64,000 nucleotides of DNA from an uncultured Candidatus Saccharibacteria bacterium (GCA_964391975.1 CAYMNZ010000001.1:15280-79279), one strand, 5' to 3'. Positions 1 to 12,129 are shown, counted from the first letter of the stretch. The notes: generated by a model from the letters alone, not told the origin. Numbers and translations are program-made.

Positions 1-240
1 CCGAACTCCGCTATTCGTAAGATTGCTCGTGTGCGCCTCACCAACGGTATGGAGGTTACTGCCTACATTCCGGGAGAGGGTCACAACCTCCAGGAGCACT
101 CCGTTGTTATGCTTCGCGGTGGCCGCGTGAAGGACATCGGTGTTCAGTACACCATCGTGCGTGGTCGCCTTGATACCGCAGGTATTGAGAAGCGCCGCCG
201 TGGTCGCTCTCGTTACGGAGCCAAGAAGCCTAAGAACTAA
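1..240 (+). CDS. rpsL: 30S ribosomal protein S12 (C-terminal part; 5' end outside window)
   Basis: Frame +1 from base 1 reads ...[51 protein letters not shown]..., the conserved S12 C-terminus; stop TAA at 238-240; rpsG follows immediately. Confidence 0.93.
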   Translation, partial: PNSAIRKIARVRLTNGMEVTAYIPGEGHNLQEHSVVMLRGGRVKDIGVQYTIVRGRLDTAGIEKRRRGRSRYGAKKPKN

Positions 241-242
241 GC

Positions 243-707
243 ATGCGTCGCCCAATTAAGAACAAGCACCCTCGCAAGCCTGACCTGACCTACAAGTCAG
301 AGGGTATTACGCGTTTCATTAACACTGTCATGCTCGACGGCAAGAAGGACACTGCCCGCAAGGTGGTCTACGCCGCCCTCGACATCATCAAGAAGGGTGA
401 CGTTGACCCACTTGAGACTTTTGAGACTGCTATCAGGAACGTTTCTCCTCTTATGGAGGTCCGCTCTCGCCGTGTGGGAGGTGCTAACTACCAGGTTCCT
501 CGCGAGGTTCCTCAGCAGCGCCGCGTTTCCTTGGCGTACCGCTGGCTCATCAATGCCGCCCGCGCCAAGAAGGGTAAGCCTATGGCAGAGAAGCTTGCCA
601 ATGAGATTTTGATGGCCGCTAAGAACGAAGGAGAGGCAATCAAGAAGAAGGATGACATGCACCGCATGGCCGAGGCCAACAAGGCCTTCGCCCACTTCGC
701 CTGGTAA
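243..707 (+). CDS. rpsG: 30S ribosomal protein S7
   Basis: 154 aa; typical S7 length and sequence; starts 2 nt after the rpsL stop. Confidence 0.93.
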   Translation: MRRPIKNKHPRKPDLTYKSEGITRFINTVMLDGKKDTARKVVYAALDIIKKGDVDPLETFETAIRNVSPLMEVRSRRVGGANYQVPREVPQQRRVSLAYRWLINAARAKKGKPMAEKLANEILMAAKNEGEAIKKKDDMHRMAEANKAFAHFAW

Positions 708-712
708 CAACA

Positions 713-738
713 ACCGCCCTAAGGGGCGGTTTTTCTTA
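713..738 (+). terminator. Rho-independent terminator after rpsG
   Basis: GC hairpin ccgccc-taa-ggggcgg followed by TTTTTCTT directly after the rpsG stop. Confidence 0.7.
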
Positions 739-753
739 TACGCACACAGTGCT

Positions 754-1170
754 ATGCTTGCCGACATGAGTGAGGCACCAAAAGAGAAAGAAGGAGGGAG
801 GGGGCTCAGTCCGATAGGCTGGGCAAAGGTACTGCTAGCTGGCGCAGCAATTGGCACGCCTTTGTATGTGGCGACGCAGCATGCGCTTGAGCAAAGCCAA
901 TCCGCTCCTGAGAGCCTCTCGAGCGACATCGCCCCTGGCGTCATTCTTCATATAGACCCCGTAGCGCCGGAAGAAGGGGGCGTCCCAATGGTGGATGTCA
1001 CCGTTGCCTACCTGGGGGTTGAGCAAAAGTTGCCAATGACAGCTGCCGAAGCAGCAGATTTTTTCGAGAATCAAGAGGTGGATGTCGATTTCAGCGTACG
1101 GCTTGGACGTGAGGAAGGCGAGGTTGAGGTACACATAAATTCAATAACCCCGCCCGGAGACCCAACGTAG
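754..1170 (+). CDS. hypothetical small protein with one predicted TM helix
   Basis: ORF-track ORF 652..1170 trimmed to the first ATG downstream of the rpsG terminator (MLADMSEAP...). Hydrophobic stretch GWAKVLLAGAAIGTPLYVA. No recognisable family. Confidence 0.45.
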   Translation: MLADMSEAPKEKEGGRGLSPIGWAKVLLAGAAIGTPLYVATQHALEQSQSAPESLSSDIAPGVILHIDPVAPEEGGVPMVDVTVAYLGVEQKLPMTAAEAADFFENQEVDVDFSVRLGREEGEVEVHINSITPPGDPT

Positions 1171-1182
1171 TAGAAACAAAAG

Positions 1183-1210
1183 AAAAAACCGCCCGAAAGG
1201 GCGGTTTTTA
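1183..1210. terminator. bidirectional terminator between convergent genes
   Basis: aaaaaaccgccc-gaaa-gggcggttttta: an A-run / hairpin / T-run serving the + gene ending at 1170 and the - gene ending at 1208. Confidence 0.7.
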
Positions 1211-1873
1211 AAGCCTGTGCGTGCGTTTGAAGGAGGCGATTGCTGAGGGAAGCACTGTTTTTGCGAAAGGCTCCGAAAGAGTCTCGGGTTTGAGGTCGAG
1301 TATTTCTCGAGACCCCGTTTTGGTTTCGAAGTTGAGCATGAATTCAGAAGGAAAGCGCTCACCAGGGTTCTCGTTAGCGGGCTTCGGGTTCCGGCTCTCG
1401 ATGTTGAGGTTCCATCGCTCGATGTTGAAGGTCTTTCCTTTCTCGGCTTGGGGGTAGAGGAGAGAGCGGAAAAGCCGTAACTCATACATGCGGTTGATGG
1501 GGAGACGATAGATATCTACAGTGGCCTCAGCGGGGCCTGGGGAGCCCTTCTCGCGATTCCACTTCATGGTTGAGAGGCGGTTGAACGCCTCGACAAGAGC
1601 AGTGGCGACTTTCACTTCAAGCTCTGCCGAGCCGTCCTTGAATGCTTCTTCAATGTCTTGTACGCGGATATACTCACCTTCATCGTTAGAGAGCATTGCT
1701 TCCTCGTATTCCGCCATGCGCTGGTCACGCTTGGCGACGAGGAGGCGATAGTCGCTATGGAACCCTGCAAGCACCTGCTCGATGGTGCCGAGCTTCTTAG
1801 ATACCTCAGGGAATGGGGCGCGTTCTCTTGCAGGCATACCTCTATAGTACCCAGCATTGCTTTTTGAGGCCAA
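1208..1873 (-). CDS. hypothetical protein inserted between rpsG and fusA on the opposite strand
   Basis: 221-aa ORF with no antisense overlap to a known gene; flanked by terminators; exact start uncertain (several in-frame Met). Confidence 0.5.
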   Translation of the reverse strand: MASKSNAGYYRGMPARERAPFPEVSKKLGTIEQVLAGFHSDYRLLVAKRDQRMAEYEEAMLSNDEGEYIRVQDIEEAFKDGSAELEVKVATALVEAFNRLSTMKWNREKGSPGPAEATVDIYRLPINRMYELRLFRSLLYPQAEKGKTFNIERWNLNIESRNPKPANENPGERFPSEFMLNFETKTGSREILDLKPETLSEPFAKTVLPSAIASFKRTHRL

Positions 1874-1927
1874 TTTCAGTATCTTACGAGTAACGCATCA
1901 CGCGCCTTTTTATTTACCTACATCCCT

Positions 1928-4075
<2,148 letters not shown>

Positions 4076-4086
4076 TCCTCCCCACA

Positions 4087-4117
4087 TAAAAAGAGCCGCA
4101 GATGCGGCTCTTTTTAT
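4087..4117. terminator. bidirectional Rho-independent terminator after fusA
   Basis: aaaaagagccgca-gat-gcggctctttttatt; a perfect hairpin flanked by an A-run and a T-run; the minus-strand gene ends at 4117. Confidence 0.8.
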
Positions 4118-4671
4118 TATTGTGCCTCTGCTGCTTTTTCTTCGAGGACTCGCGTGGACTCAGTTTGGAGTATGCGGGTAAGGGAGCTGTCGAATTCGTC
4201 TGATGTTATCCCGAAGGTCGAGCGGAACTCGGCGCGCAGTTCGCTTACATAGCGGTACCCGAGGGCGAATGACACCCGTACGTCAGAGGTAGCCGCGTGT
4301 TCGGTCGCTTTAGCGTGGTCAAAGAGCGCGTCGTAATGCTTTTTCACTATCGTGTCGATGATGGGGCTACGGTCATTGGGGTGGAGGCTATCGATGAGCT
4401 TGTGCAACTTGTTTGTCGCCTCACCTTGTCCGAGCTTCGCATTCTGTTCGGCGGCCAACAGGCGTTCAGGCTCGATGGGAGGTACTGAGGTAGCGTTCAC
4501 AATCTGGAGCGCCTCCTCGATTTTCATTCTTTTCTGCTCTGCGGGATTTTTCCCTCCTTGTTCCACTCTGGCGCTCATAGACGTTACTTGGTCAGTTACA
4601 GGGGATAGATACTCAGTGTACACCCACCGTCTTCCTTGGAGGGAGGACAAGATAGACTTTATCCCCGTCAT
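4117..4671 (-). CDS. hypothetical protein between fusA and tuf (opposite strand)
   Basis: 184-aa ORF, no family recognised; bounded by the fusA terminator and a ~210-nt divergent intergenic region upstream of tuf. Confidence 0.5.
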   Translation of the reverse strand: MTGIKSILSSLQGRRWVYTEYLSPVTDQVTSMSARVEQGGKNPAEQKRMKIEEALQIVNATSVPPIEPERLLAAEQNAKLGQGEATNKLHKLIDSLHPNDRSPIIDTIVKKHYDALFDHAKATEHAATSDVRVSFALGYRYVSELRAEFRSTFGITSDEFDSSLTRILQTESTRVLEEKAAEAQ

Positions 4672-4883
4672 CCACAGCCGGGCCTAAGGTTGACCCCTCC
4701 CGCCCCTTCCTGTAGGTTAGCTAGTAACGCGGTACGGCGCTCTTTGTAAACTTTCCCCATACGGGACAGGTCTATGAAGGCGTCGCGCGGGTATTCCGTC
4801 CGACGCCTTGGTTGTTATATGCCTCCCGGCCTGTAACAGGTGAGCGGTACTGATTAGAAACTTAGACGTAACGTAAACATTGT

Positions 4884-6080
<1,197 letters not shown>

Positions 6081-6096
6081 GCCAGGTATCACTCGT

Positions 6097-6453
6097 ATGG
6101 CCACCAAAGCTACCAAGACCCTGAAGAAAGAAGCGTCGGCTCCAACCGAGCCGAAGCTCCGCATCCGGGTCCGCGCCTACGAGCACAAGATTCTCGATCT
6201 CTCGGTAAAGCAGATTATGGACACCGCTAATCGCTTCGAAGCGAAAATCGTTGGCCCCGTTCCGCTCCCGACTGAGATAAAGCGATGGACCGTGAACCGC
6301 TCAACGTTCGTCCACAAGGACGCACGCGAGCAGTTCGAAATGCGCATCCACAAGCGACTCATCGATATCCTCTCCCCGAATCCGAAGGTCATCGAGGCTC
6401 TCACGAACCTCAACCTTCCATCCGGAGTGACGATTGACGTGAAGATGGTCTAA
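6097..6453 (+). CDS. rpsJ: 30S ribosomal protein S10 (with short N-terminal extension)
   Basis: 118 aa; IRVRAYEHKILD...RSTFVHKDAREQFE core; 16 nt after the tuf stop. Confidence 0.92.
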   Translation: MATKATKTLKKEASAPTEPKLRIRVRAYEHKILDLSVKQIMDTANRFEAKIVGPVPLPTEIKRWTVNRSTFVHKDAREQFEMRIHKRLIDILSPNPKVIEALTNLNLPSGVTIDVKMV

Positions 6454-6463
6454 CCAGGCCGCA

Positions 6464-6500
6464 GAAAAGCCGCCCCCACAGGGGGCGGCTTTTCTTTATT
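6464..6500 (+). terminator. Rho-independent terminator after rpsJ
   Basis: aaaagccgccccc-aca-gggggcggcttttctttatt. Confidence 0.8.
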
Positions 6501-6548
6501 CCCACCAGTGCTAGGCTTAAAGGATACCCGTAACGCTGTAACAAACGC

Positions 6549-6854
6549 ATGGTACGAGAAATTGGAGAAGGCATGCACGACGTCCGTCCACCTCAGAAAG
6601 CGGAGAGGCCGCGCGCGTGGCGCCCGAAGACAGGAGAGGCAATTACCATCACCAAGCGCGGCGGAGGCATCGTTGCACAAGGTCGCCTTGATGCAGACCT
6701 CAACATCATCGATGGCAGACCAGCAGCCTTCCGTATAGGGGGCGCCGCAGAGGACCTTCTCCCAAGCGTGGTGAGTTCAAACCAAGAGGGAAAGAAACTT
6801 GTTGTCGTGACCAAGAAAGGAATCTTTGAGATAAATAAGGAGACCGTTCACTAA
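6549..6854 (+). CDS. hypothetical protein (first of three genes inserted between rpsJ and rplC)
   Basis: 101-aa ORF followed by its own terminator; start may be the internal Met (MHDVRPP, near 6573). Confidence 0.45.
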   Translation: MVREIGEGMHDVRPPQKAERPRAWRPKTGEAITITKRGGGIVAQGRLDADLNIIDGRPAAFRIGGAAEDLLPSVVSSNQEGKKLVVVTKKGIFEINKETVH

Positions 6855-6855
6855 A

Positions 6856-6886
6856 CAACCGCCCCAGAGATGGGGCGGTTTTTGTT
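6856..6886 (+). terminator. Rho-independent terminator
   Basis: aaccgcccc-agaga-tggggcggtttttgtt. Confidence 0.75.
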
Positions 6887-6900
6887 ATACTCTCTTCATC

Positions 6901-7863
6901 ATGTTTGAGCGGAAAAACCCCATTCCCAAGCTGAGCGAGCAACGGAAGCGAGAAAAGGCAAAGTATCGAGATGAGGGGCTCAAAAGGAATGCGAAGGATA
7001 GGCGCGAGCAGCTGTTGTACTCAGATCCCCTTGGCTACCTCGGGGATTTACTCACCGGCAAACTTCCAACCGCTAAACAACTTGGTGAAGAGCTGAAAGC
7101 ACGCGATCAGGAGCGCCTTAAGAAACTAGTGCTAGAGGCGAAAGATGCGGCGCGCATTATGATGCTCGACGATGCGACGAGCTATCGCGCACACGAAATG
7201 GAACACGAGCTTCCGATGGTAGAGCTTGGGGCCTGGCTAGAGGGTGCCCTACGAGAGGGGAAGCTGCCAGATACTATCATTGCTGAGGACGTTACGGGTC
7301 GACCGCTGGCGCAGATATGTCGCACCCTCCTCACGCTCCTGAACAAGAGAATCCATCCCGATGCTGAAAATGTACCAGTTATCTCGTATGCGGTTGGACG
7401 ATATACGTCGCCCACGTTGGCGAAGCAACTCGCCCAGGGCGTGGCACAGAAGCTTGAAAAGCGAGGTGCGCGCAATGTGCTGGTCTGCACCGATGCTGTT
7501 GAGACTGGAAGCTCGATGGGCCCGCTGCTCACTGAAATTGGAGGACAATCGTACTCTCTCGCTCTTATGATAGATAGGATTACTCCACGCGCCGAGACGA
7601 TGATACTAGAACGTACGGAGAAGAATCCGGCCGTGCACATCTCGCTTCACCCAGATATGGATATTGGACAAGATTCAGTACTTATCATGCGTACGCTCGA
7701 GCGTCGGTATAAGAAAAACGCTGATTACAGAGACCTCCTCCTGGTGATAGAAGAGCTAGAGAACCGCCCGTACCGCCTCCAGGCAATTGAAGAGATTGCC
7801 AACGTGCTTTATGAAACCTTCCTCGAACGCCCTGGGGTGCAACAGCTCTTGCCCGCTCAGTAA
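6901..7863 (+). CDS. hypothetical protein with a C-terminal type I phosphoribosyltransferase-like PRPP-binding motif
   Basis: 320 aa; motif NVLVCTDAVETGSSMG resembles the PRTase signature (compare comF in this window: IVVDDVLTTGSTL); ~190-aa N-terminal extension of unknown type. Confidence 0.5.
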   Translation: MFERKNPIPKLSEQRKREKAKYRDEGLKRNAKDRREQLLYSDPLGYLGDLLTGKLPTAKQLGEELKARDQERLKKLVLEAKDAARIMMLDDATSYRAHEMEHELPMVELGAWLEGALREGKLPDTIIAEDVTGRPLAQICRTLLTLLNKRIHPDAENVPVISYAVGRYTSPTLAKQLAQGVAQKLEKRGARNVLVCTDAVETGSSMGPLLTEIGGQSYSLALMIDRITPRAETMILERTEKNPAVHISLHPDMDIGQDSVLIMRTLERRYKKNADYRDLLLVIEELENRPYRLQAIEEIANVLYETFLERPGVQQLLPAQ

Positions 7864-7878
7864 GGGTATACTTTTCGC

Positions 7879-8238
7879 ATGGCTTCTCCAGAAACTCCTA
7901 CGCACTCGGCTAACAAGGACATTCCAACTCTTTCGGTTGCGGCCATTGCTACTGAATACAAAGACATACTCGACCGCTACAATCGGTTCATTGATTCTCA
8001 GATGGTTGCGCTTGGGAAGCCAAAGGAGGTGGTAGAAGAACCCCCTCCGAGCGAACAGGCACGCGGAGAACTGCTCTGGAAGGAGCTTCTCCGGAGGGCG
8101 GTTGCCGGGAACGCCGAAGCCAAGCAGGCCATTATCGAGATTGATGTAGATGATGAGCTCAAAGAGCCTGATGGCTCTCTGAGCAAAGAAACGCTTCAGC
8201 GCCTTCTCGACTCCTCTGACACTCTGGCGGACGGCTAG
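7879..8238 (+). CDS. hypothetical acidic protein
   Basis: 119-aa ORF, co-directional, 15 nt after the preceding gene; no family recognised. Confidence 0.45.
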   Translation: MASPETPTHSANKDIPTLSVAAIATEYKDILDRYNRFIDSQMVALGKPKEVVEEPPPSEQARGELLWKELLRRAVAGNAEAKQAIIEIDVDDELKEPDGSLSKETLQRLLDSSDTLADG

Positions 8239-8356
8239 CTTGCGCTTTTTAGGCCCCGCCTGTATAGTCCTCGAAACGCTACGTACCTCCTCGGAGGGAC
8301 CAATGGCCGGAAAGGGGAGACCCTCTACGCGCTATTGAAGGCGCGTTTTCCATTTC

Positions 8357-8962
8357 ATGAAATTCATCCTCGCTCGCAAAGACTGCATGACCCAGATCTT
8401 CGATGATCAGGGTATTGTCCACGCCGGAACCATCCTCAAGGTGGTGCCGAACGTCGTCACGCAGGTGAAGGCCAAGGACGGCAAGGACGGCTATGCCGCT
8501 GTCCAGGTAGGAATGGACGCGCAGACTGAGAAGCGCCTCAACAAGCCTCAGTTCGGCAAGGCCTTTAAAGTACTTAAGGAATTCCGCGTTGATGACACTG
8601 CAGGCTTTGAGGTGGGCAACGAGATTACGCTTGATACCTTCGCTCCCGGCGATGGGGTCCGCGTTGTGGGTACCTCCAAGGGTAAGGGCTTCTCGGGTGT
8701 GGTGAAGCGCCATGGTTTCCATGGTGGTCGCCGCTCCCACGGTCAGAAGCACTCTGAGCGCGAGGCAGGTTCCATCGGTGGAGGAGGTCGCGCCGGAGGC
8801 CGTGTGGCTAAGGGTATGCGCATGGCCGGCCGTATGGGTGGAGAGCGCGTTACCGTCACCAACCTCAAGGTGCTTCACATCGACAGCAAGAGCGGCGAGA
8901 TGATTATCTCAGGCGCTGTTCCGGGTCCTCGTGGCTCCGTCGTGGAAATCATTTCCGCATAA
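8357..8962 (+). CDS. rplC: 50S ribosomal protein L3
   Basis: 201 aa; KFILARKDCMTQIFD...GTSKGKGFSGVVKRHGF L3 signature. Confidence 0.95.
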   Translation: MKFILARKDCMTQIFDDQGIVHAGTILKVVPNVVTQVKAKDGKDGYAAVQVGMDAQTEKRLNKPQFGKAFKVLKEFRVDDTAGFEVGNEITLDTFAPGDGVRVVGTSKGKGFSGVVKRHGFHGGRRSHGQKHSEREAGSIGGGGRAGGRVAKGMRMAGRMGGERVTVTNLKVLHIDSKSGEMIISGAVPGPRGSVVEIISA

Positions 8963-8970
8963 ATTTTCGT

Positions 8971-9732
8971 ATGGCAACTACCAAAAAGACAACCGTAAAG
9001 AAGACAGCCCCTAAGAAGGCAGCAGCACCACGCGCAAAGAAGGCGCCTGAGATTACCGCCGGCAAGGACGAGGCAGTTGTCTTCGGCATGGATGGCTCTA
9101 AGAGTGGCACCGTCGCTCTTCCAGCAGAGCTCTTCGGCGTGCAGTGGAACGCAGACCTCGTACACCAGGTCGTCGTTGGTATGCAGGCAAACGCTCGCCC
9201 AACGGTCGCTAACACCAAGTTCCGCGGTGAAGTATCCGGAGGAGGAAAGAAGCCGTGGAAGCAGAAGGGTACGGGACGCGCTCGTCACGGTTCTAACCGC
9301 TCCCCAATCTGGGTAGGTGGAGGTACCTCTCACGGCCCTCGCGCAGAGCGCCTCTACACCGTGAAGATCAACAAGAAGATGCGCACCGCCGCTCTTATGT
9401 CAGTTCTTTCTCGCAAGATGAAGGATGGTGAAGTGATTCTTGTTGAGAAGATGTCCTTTGGTACGCCAAAGACCTCCGCAGCAGTGAAGACCCTTTCTGC
9501 ACTCGCTAAGGCAGCTGATGCGCCGAACCTCACGAAGAAGCGCGTAAACGCTGCACTCATCGTGCTCTCGGGTAACGATGCGAACGTGAAGAAGAGCTTC
9601 CGCAACATCGGCAACATCACGAGCGAGGAGGTTCGTAACCTCAACCCCGTGGACATCATGAACCGCCGCTACCTCGTGATTGAGAACCCGACGGAATCCT
9701 TTGCGGTTCTTTCCGGCAAACTAAAGAAATAA
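8971..9732 (+). CDS. rplD: 50S ribosomal protein L4 (K/A-rich N-terminal extension)
   Basis: 253 aa; L4 core (GGGKKPWKQKGTGRARHGS) preceded by a ~30-aa Lys/Ala-rich extension. Confidence 0.93.
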   Translation: MATTKKTTVKKTAPKKAAAPRAKKAPEITAGKDEAVVFGMDGSKSGTVALPAELFGVQWNADLVHQVVVGMQANARPTVANTKFRGEVSGGGKKPWKQKGTGRARHGSNRSPIWVGGGTSHGPRAERLYTVKINKKMRTAALMSVLSRKMKDGEVILVEKMSFGTPKTSAAVKTLSALAKAADAPNLTKKRVNAALIVLSGNDANVKKSFRNIGNITSEEVRNLNPVDIMNRRYLVIENPTESFAVLSGKLKK

Positions 9733-9735
9733 TTT

Positions 9736-10092
9736 ATGGGACTCTTTTCATCCGACAAGAAGAAAGTAACGAAGACCAAAAAGGTCTCGAAGGCAAAGAA
9801 GCCTGCAGTCATGAACGCTAACACCGTGCTTAAAGCACCGTGGATGAGCGAGAAGGCACTCATTGGTACCGAGAAGGGCGTCTACGTCTTTGAGGTACCA
9901 CCTGAGGCAACCAAGACCGATGTCATTGCTGCTATGGAGACCATCTACAAGGTCACGCCTCGCCAGATTCGCATGGTGAACCTTCCAGGTAAGCGCAAAG
10001 CTCTTCGCCACAAGCGCGGTATGGGAACACGTGCACGCCGCCACAAGGCCTACGTCTACCTCAAGAAGGGAGACACCATCACCCTCGTCTAA
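9736..10092 (+). CDS. rplW: 50S ribosomal protein L23
   Basis: 118 aa; position and sequence (YVFEVPPEATKTDV) match L23. Confidence 0.9.
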   Translation: MGLFSSDKKKVTKTKKVSKAKKPAVMNANTVLKAPWMSEKALIGTEKGVYVFEVPPEATKTDVIAAMETIYKVTPRQIRMVNLPGKRKALRHKRGMGTRARRHKAYVYLKKGDTITLV

Positions 10093-10103
10093 CCTTTAGC
10101 ACT

Positions 10104-10946
10104 ATGAAATCCTACAAACCGTACACCAAGAGCCGCCGTGGCATGACCACACTGCCGTACAAGCAGCTTCTTTCCGGTGACCGCCCATTCAAGGCCCTCT
10201 TGAAGGCGAAGAAGGACCAGGCAGGACGCAACTCCCAGGGCCGCGTTACTACGCGCCACCAGGGAGGCGGCCACAAGAAGCGCCTTCGCGATGTCGACTT
10301 CCAGTACAACAAGAAGAACATCCCGGCGAAGGTTGAGACTATCGAGTACGATCCATACCGTACCGGTTTCATCGCGCTTGCGCTCTACGCAGACGGCGCT
10401 CGCCGCTACGTGCTCGCACCTAAGGACCTTAAGGTCGGCGACAGCTTTGTTGTCTCTGAGGACGCACCAGTTAAGACTGGTAACCGCATGCCGCTTGGCA
10501 AGATTCCTACCGGTACCTTCGTGTACAACATCGAGCTCCAGGTTGGAGCCGGCGCACGCCTCGCTCGCTCTGCAGGTAACTATGCAGAAGTCATCGCGCA
10601 TGACGCAGGCTATGCGCAGATCAAGCTTCCTTCGACTGAGGTCCGCAAGGTCTCTGACCTCTGCTGGGCATCCATCGGTGCAGTGGGCAACGAAGAGAGT
10701 CGCCTCGTGAAGTATGGAAAGGCAGGACGCTCTCGTTGGAAGGGTATTCGCCCTACGGTGCGTGGTACGGCTATGAACCCGGTAGATCACCCACACGGAG
10801 GAGGTGAAGGACGTCAGGGTCGTGGTCTCCGTCGTGCAAAGACTATGTGGGGCAAGCCATCCGGCAAGGGACAGAAGACTCGTACGCCGAAGAAGTACTC
10901 GAACTCACACATCGTTTCTCGCCGAAAGGTTGGCAAGAAGGGATAA
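10104..10946 (+). CDS. rplB: 50S ribosomal protein L2
   Basis: 280 aa; GRNSQGRVTTRHQGGGHKK and C-terminal GGGEGRQG motifs. Confidence 0.96.
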   Translation: MKSYKPYTKSRRGMTTLPYKQLLSGDRPFKALLKAKKDQAGRNSQGRVTTRHQGGGHKKRLRDVDFQYNKKNIPAKVETIEYDPYRTGFIALALYADGARRYVLAPKDLKVGDSFVVSEDAPVKTGNRMPLGKIPTGTFVYNIELQVGAGARLARSAGNYAEVIAHDAGYAQIKLPSTEVRKVSDLCWASIGAVGNEESRLVKYGKAGRSRWKGIRPTVRGTAMNPVDHPHGGGEGRQGRGLRRAKTMWGKPSGKGQKTRTPKKYSNSHIVSRRKVGKKG

Positions 10947-10948
10947 GC

Positions 10949-10978
10949 AAAAGACCGGGGTTGACCCGGTCTTTTTTG
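10949..10978 (+). terminator. Rho-independent terminator after rplB
   Basis: aaaagaccgggg-ttga-cccggtcttttttgtt. Confidence 0.8.
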
Positions 10979-10990
10979 TTACGTTTCTTG

Positions 10991-10996
10991 TATAAT
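10991..10996 (+). promoter_or_regulatory. candidate -10 box (TATAAT) 6 nt upstream of the ATG of the PEK-repeat micro-gene
   Basis: A perfect TATAAT hexamer only 6 nt before the ATG (11003) implies a transcript start at or next to the start codon (leaderless mRNA); no convincing -35. Confidence 0.3.
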
Positions 10997-11002
10997 TACC
11001 CT

Positions 11003-11206
11003 ATGCCAGCCCCAGAAAAACCAGAGAAACTGCAGAAAAAGAAACCAGAGAAACCAGAGAAACCAGAGAAACCAGAGAAACCAGAGAAACTGCAGAAAAA
11101 GGAATCAGATCCAGTTGAGGAAGTAGATACCTCTAACGAAGACCACTGGTTTGGTAGCGACTCATCAATGGGTCCTCGGTACGATAACGAGAGCGAAGAA
11201 TTTTAA
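11003..11206 (+). CDS. small protein with (PEKPEK)n tandem repeats
   Basis: 67 aa: MPAPEKPEKLQKKKPEKPEKPEKPEKPEKLQKKESDPVEEVDTSNEDHWFGSDSSMGPRYDNESEEF. The ORF-track ORF 10847..11206 overlaps the rplB 3' end and was trimmed to the internal ATG behind the TATAAT box. Own terminators on both sides. Confidence 0.5.
   Translation: MPAPEKPEKLQKKKPEKPEKPEKPEKPEKLQKKESDPVEEVDTSNEDHWFGSDSSMGPRYDNESEEF
11018..11100 (+). repeat. 9-bp tandem repeat (aaaccagag)n with two aaactgcag variants, coding
   Basis: Seen directly: aaaccagag x1, aaactgcag, aaaaag, aaaccagag x5, aaactgcag; encodes PEK/LQK repeats. Confidence 0.9.
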
Positions 11207-11218
11207 GAAGCGGTAGAT

Positions 11219-11250
11219 AAGAACCCTGCAGATGCAGGGTTCTTTCTATT
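11219..11250. terminator. bidirectional terminator between the PEK gene (+) and the DUF3298-like gene (-)
   Basis: agaaccctgca-gat-gcagggttctttctatt. Confidence 0.7.
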
Positions 11251-12049
11251 GGTACTTCGCTTTCAGTATTGCAGAGAGTTCGCTCTTCGGAAGGCGCACT
11301 TCCTGCATTCCGAGCGCCCACGGGCCTACCTGATACGGAGCGAAGATGATAACGAGCGCATTCCCCTCAAGGTAGAAGTTGAGGTAGTTGTCCTCGTCAG
11401 GGGTCGTGCCCGCGTCAATCATGTCCATATTGAGCTCTGACTCGCTTACGCCTGATACCTCTGCAATCTGTGTCACGAGCTTCGCGCGAGAGCTTGATGA
11501 GAGTCGTGCAAGGTAGTCGCTTCCAGGAACGAAGAGGTCTCCGAGCGTGAGTCCCTCACCGGTTTCCTTGTCGAAGGTGAAGGTGCGGTAGTAGGCGTTG
11601 GGGTGCGCGCCAAGGGTATCTGCGTACATGAGATAGACGTACGAGACAGTTGAATCGGAGGTGTGGAGCTCGTACTCCATACCGAAGGCATACTTTCTCT
11701 CACCACCAAGTCCCTGCACCTCAATGTCTTCCGCAGAAAGGGAAAGCAGCTGGTTCTCCTCCTTGAAGGACTCGACTGATATTTCCGCGAACTGCTTCAT
11801 GACCTCAACGGCGTGTGCATCGGCTCCAGCGCCTGCTGACGCCCTGAGTGGGGTCTGATTGGGGTATGCCGCCTCAATCTCCCAATACTGCTCGTTCTCC
11901 CTAATAACCCCTGCTTCCGCCTGTGGCTCTCCTACCTGAGGAGCAGGCACCTCAGGGGCAGGAGTGCTGGCCATATACCAGATAAGGGCGCCCAGGATGA
12001 TAATGATGAGGGCGATACCCCCGATAAGTAGCTTCTTGTTGGTGTCCAT
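11246..12049 (-). CDS. membrane-anchored DUF3298/DUF4163-like protein (RsiV-type C-terminal domain)
   Basis: 267 aa; N-terminal TM helix (LLIGGIALIIIILGALIWYM); C-terminus ...NYLNFYLEGNALVIIFAPYQVGPWALGMQEVRLP matches the DUF3298 motif. Confidence 0.6.
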   Translation of the reverse strand: MDTNKKLLIGGIALIIIILGALIWYMASTPAPEVPAPQVGEPQAEAGVIRENEQYWEIEAAYPNQTPLRASAGAGADAHAVEVMKQFAEISVESFKEENQLLSLSAEDIEVQGLGGERKYAFGMEYELHTSDSTVSYVYLMYADTLGAHPNAYYRTFTFDKETGEGLTLGDLFVPGSDYLARLSSSSRAKLVTQIAEVSGVSESELNMDMIDAGTTPDEDNYLNFYLEGNALVIIFAPYQVGPWALGMQEVRLPKSELSAILKAKYQ

Positions 12050-12102
12050 ACCTCTCTATACTACCCCCTACCCGGAAGGAATCATGAAGAATAGGCCGTA
12101 AT

Positions 12103-12129
12103 TTGACACTACGCCCTCTTTCCTATAGA
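12103..12129 (+). promoter_or_regulatory. candidate sigma70-like promoter upstream of rpsS (TTGACA-15nt-TATAGA)
   Basis: TTGACA at 12103-12108 and TATAGA at 12124-12129 in the 121-nt gap that restarts the r-protein cluster; the 15-nt spacer is short of optimal. Confidence 0.3.

Noticed and set aside
652-753. N-terminal extension of ORF 652..1170
   Set aside because: It overlaps the rpsG 3' end and the rpsG terminator hairpin; trimmed to 754.
4776-4807. 9-bp-stem hairpin (AAGGCGTCG...CGACGCCTT) upstream of tuf, as a terminator or riboswitch
   Set aside because: No U-tract on either strand and no recognisable motif; probably a generic stable hairpin in the divergent promoter region; mentioned only within the str-operon finding.
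10089-10796. 235-aa minus-strand ORF
   Set aside because: Antisense to rplB.
10847-11002. N-terminal 52 codons of ORF 10847..11206
   Set aside because: They overlap the 3' end of rplB in another frame and precede the TATAAT box and terminator; the real start is taken as 11003.
11018-11100. Tandem 9-bp repeats checked as a possible CRISPR array
   Set aside because: Repeat unit is 9 bp with no spacers, and it is in-frame coding sequence (PEK repeats); not CRISPR.
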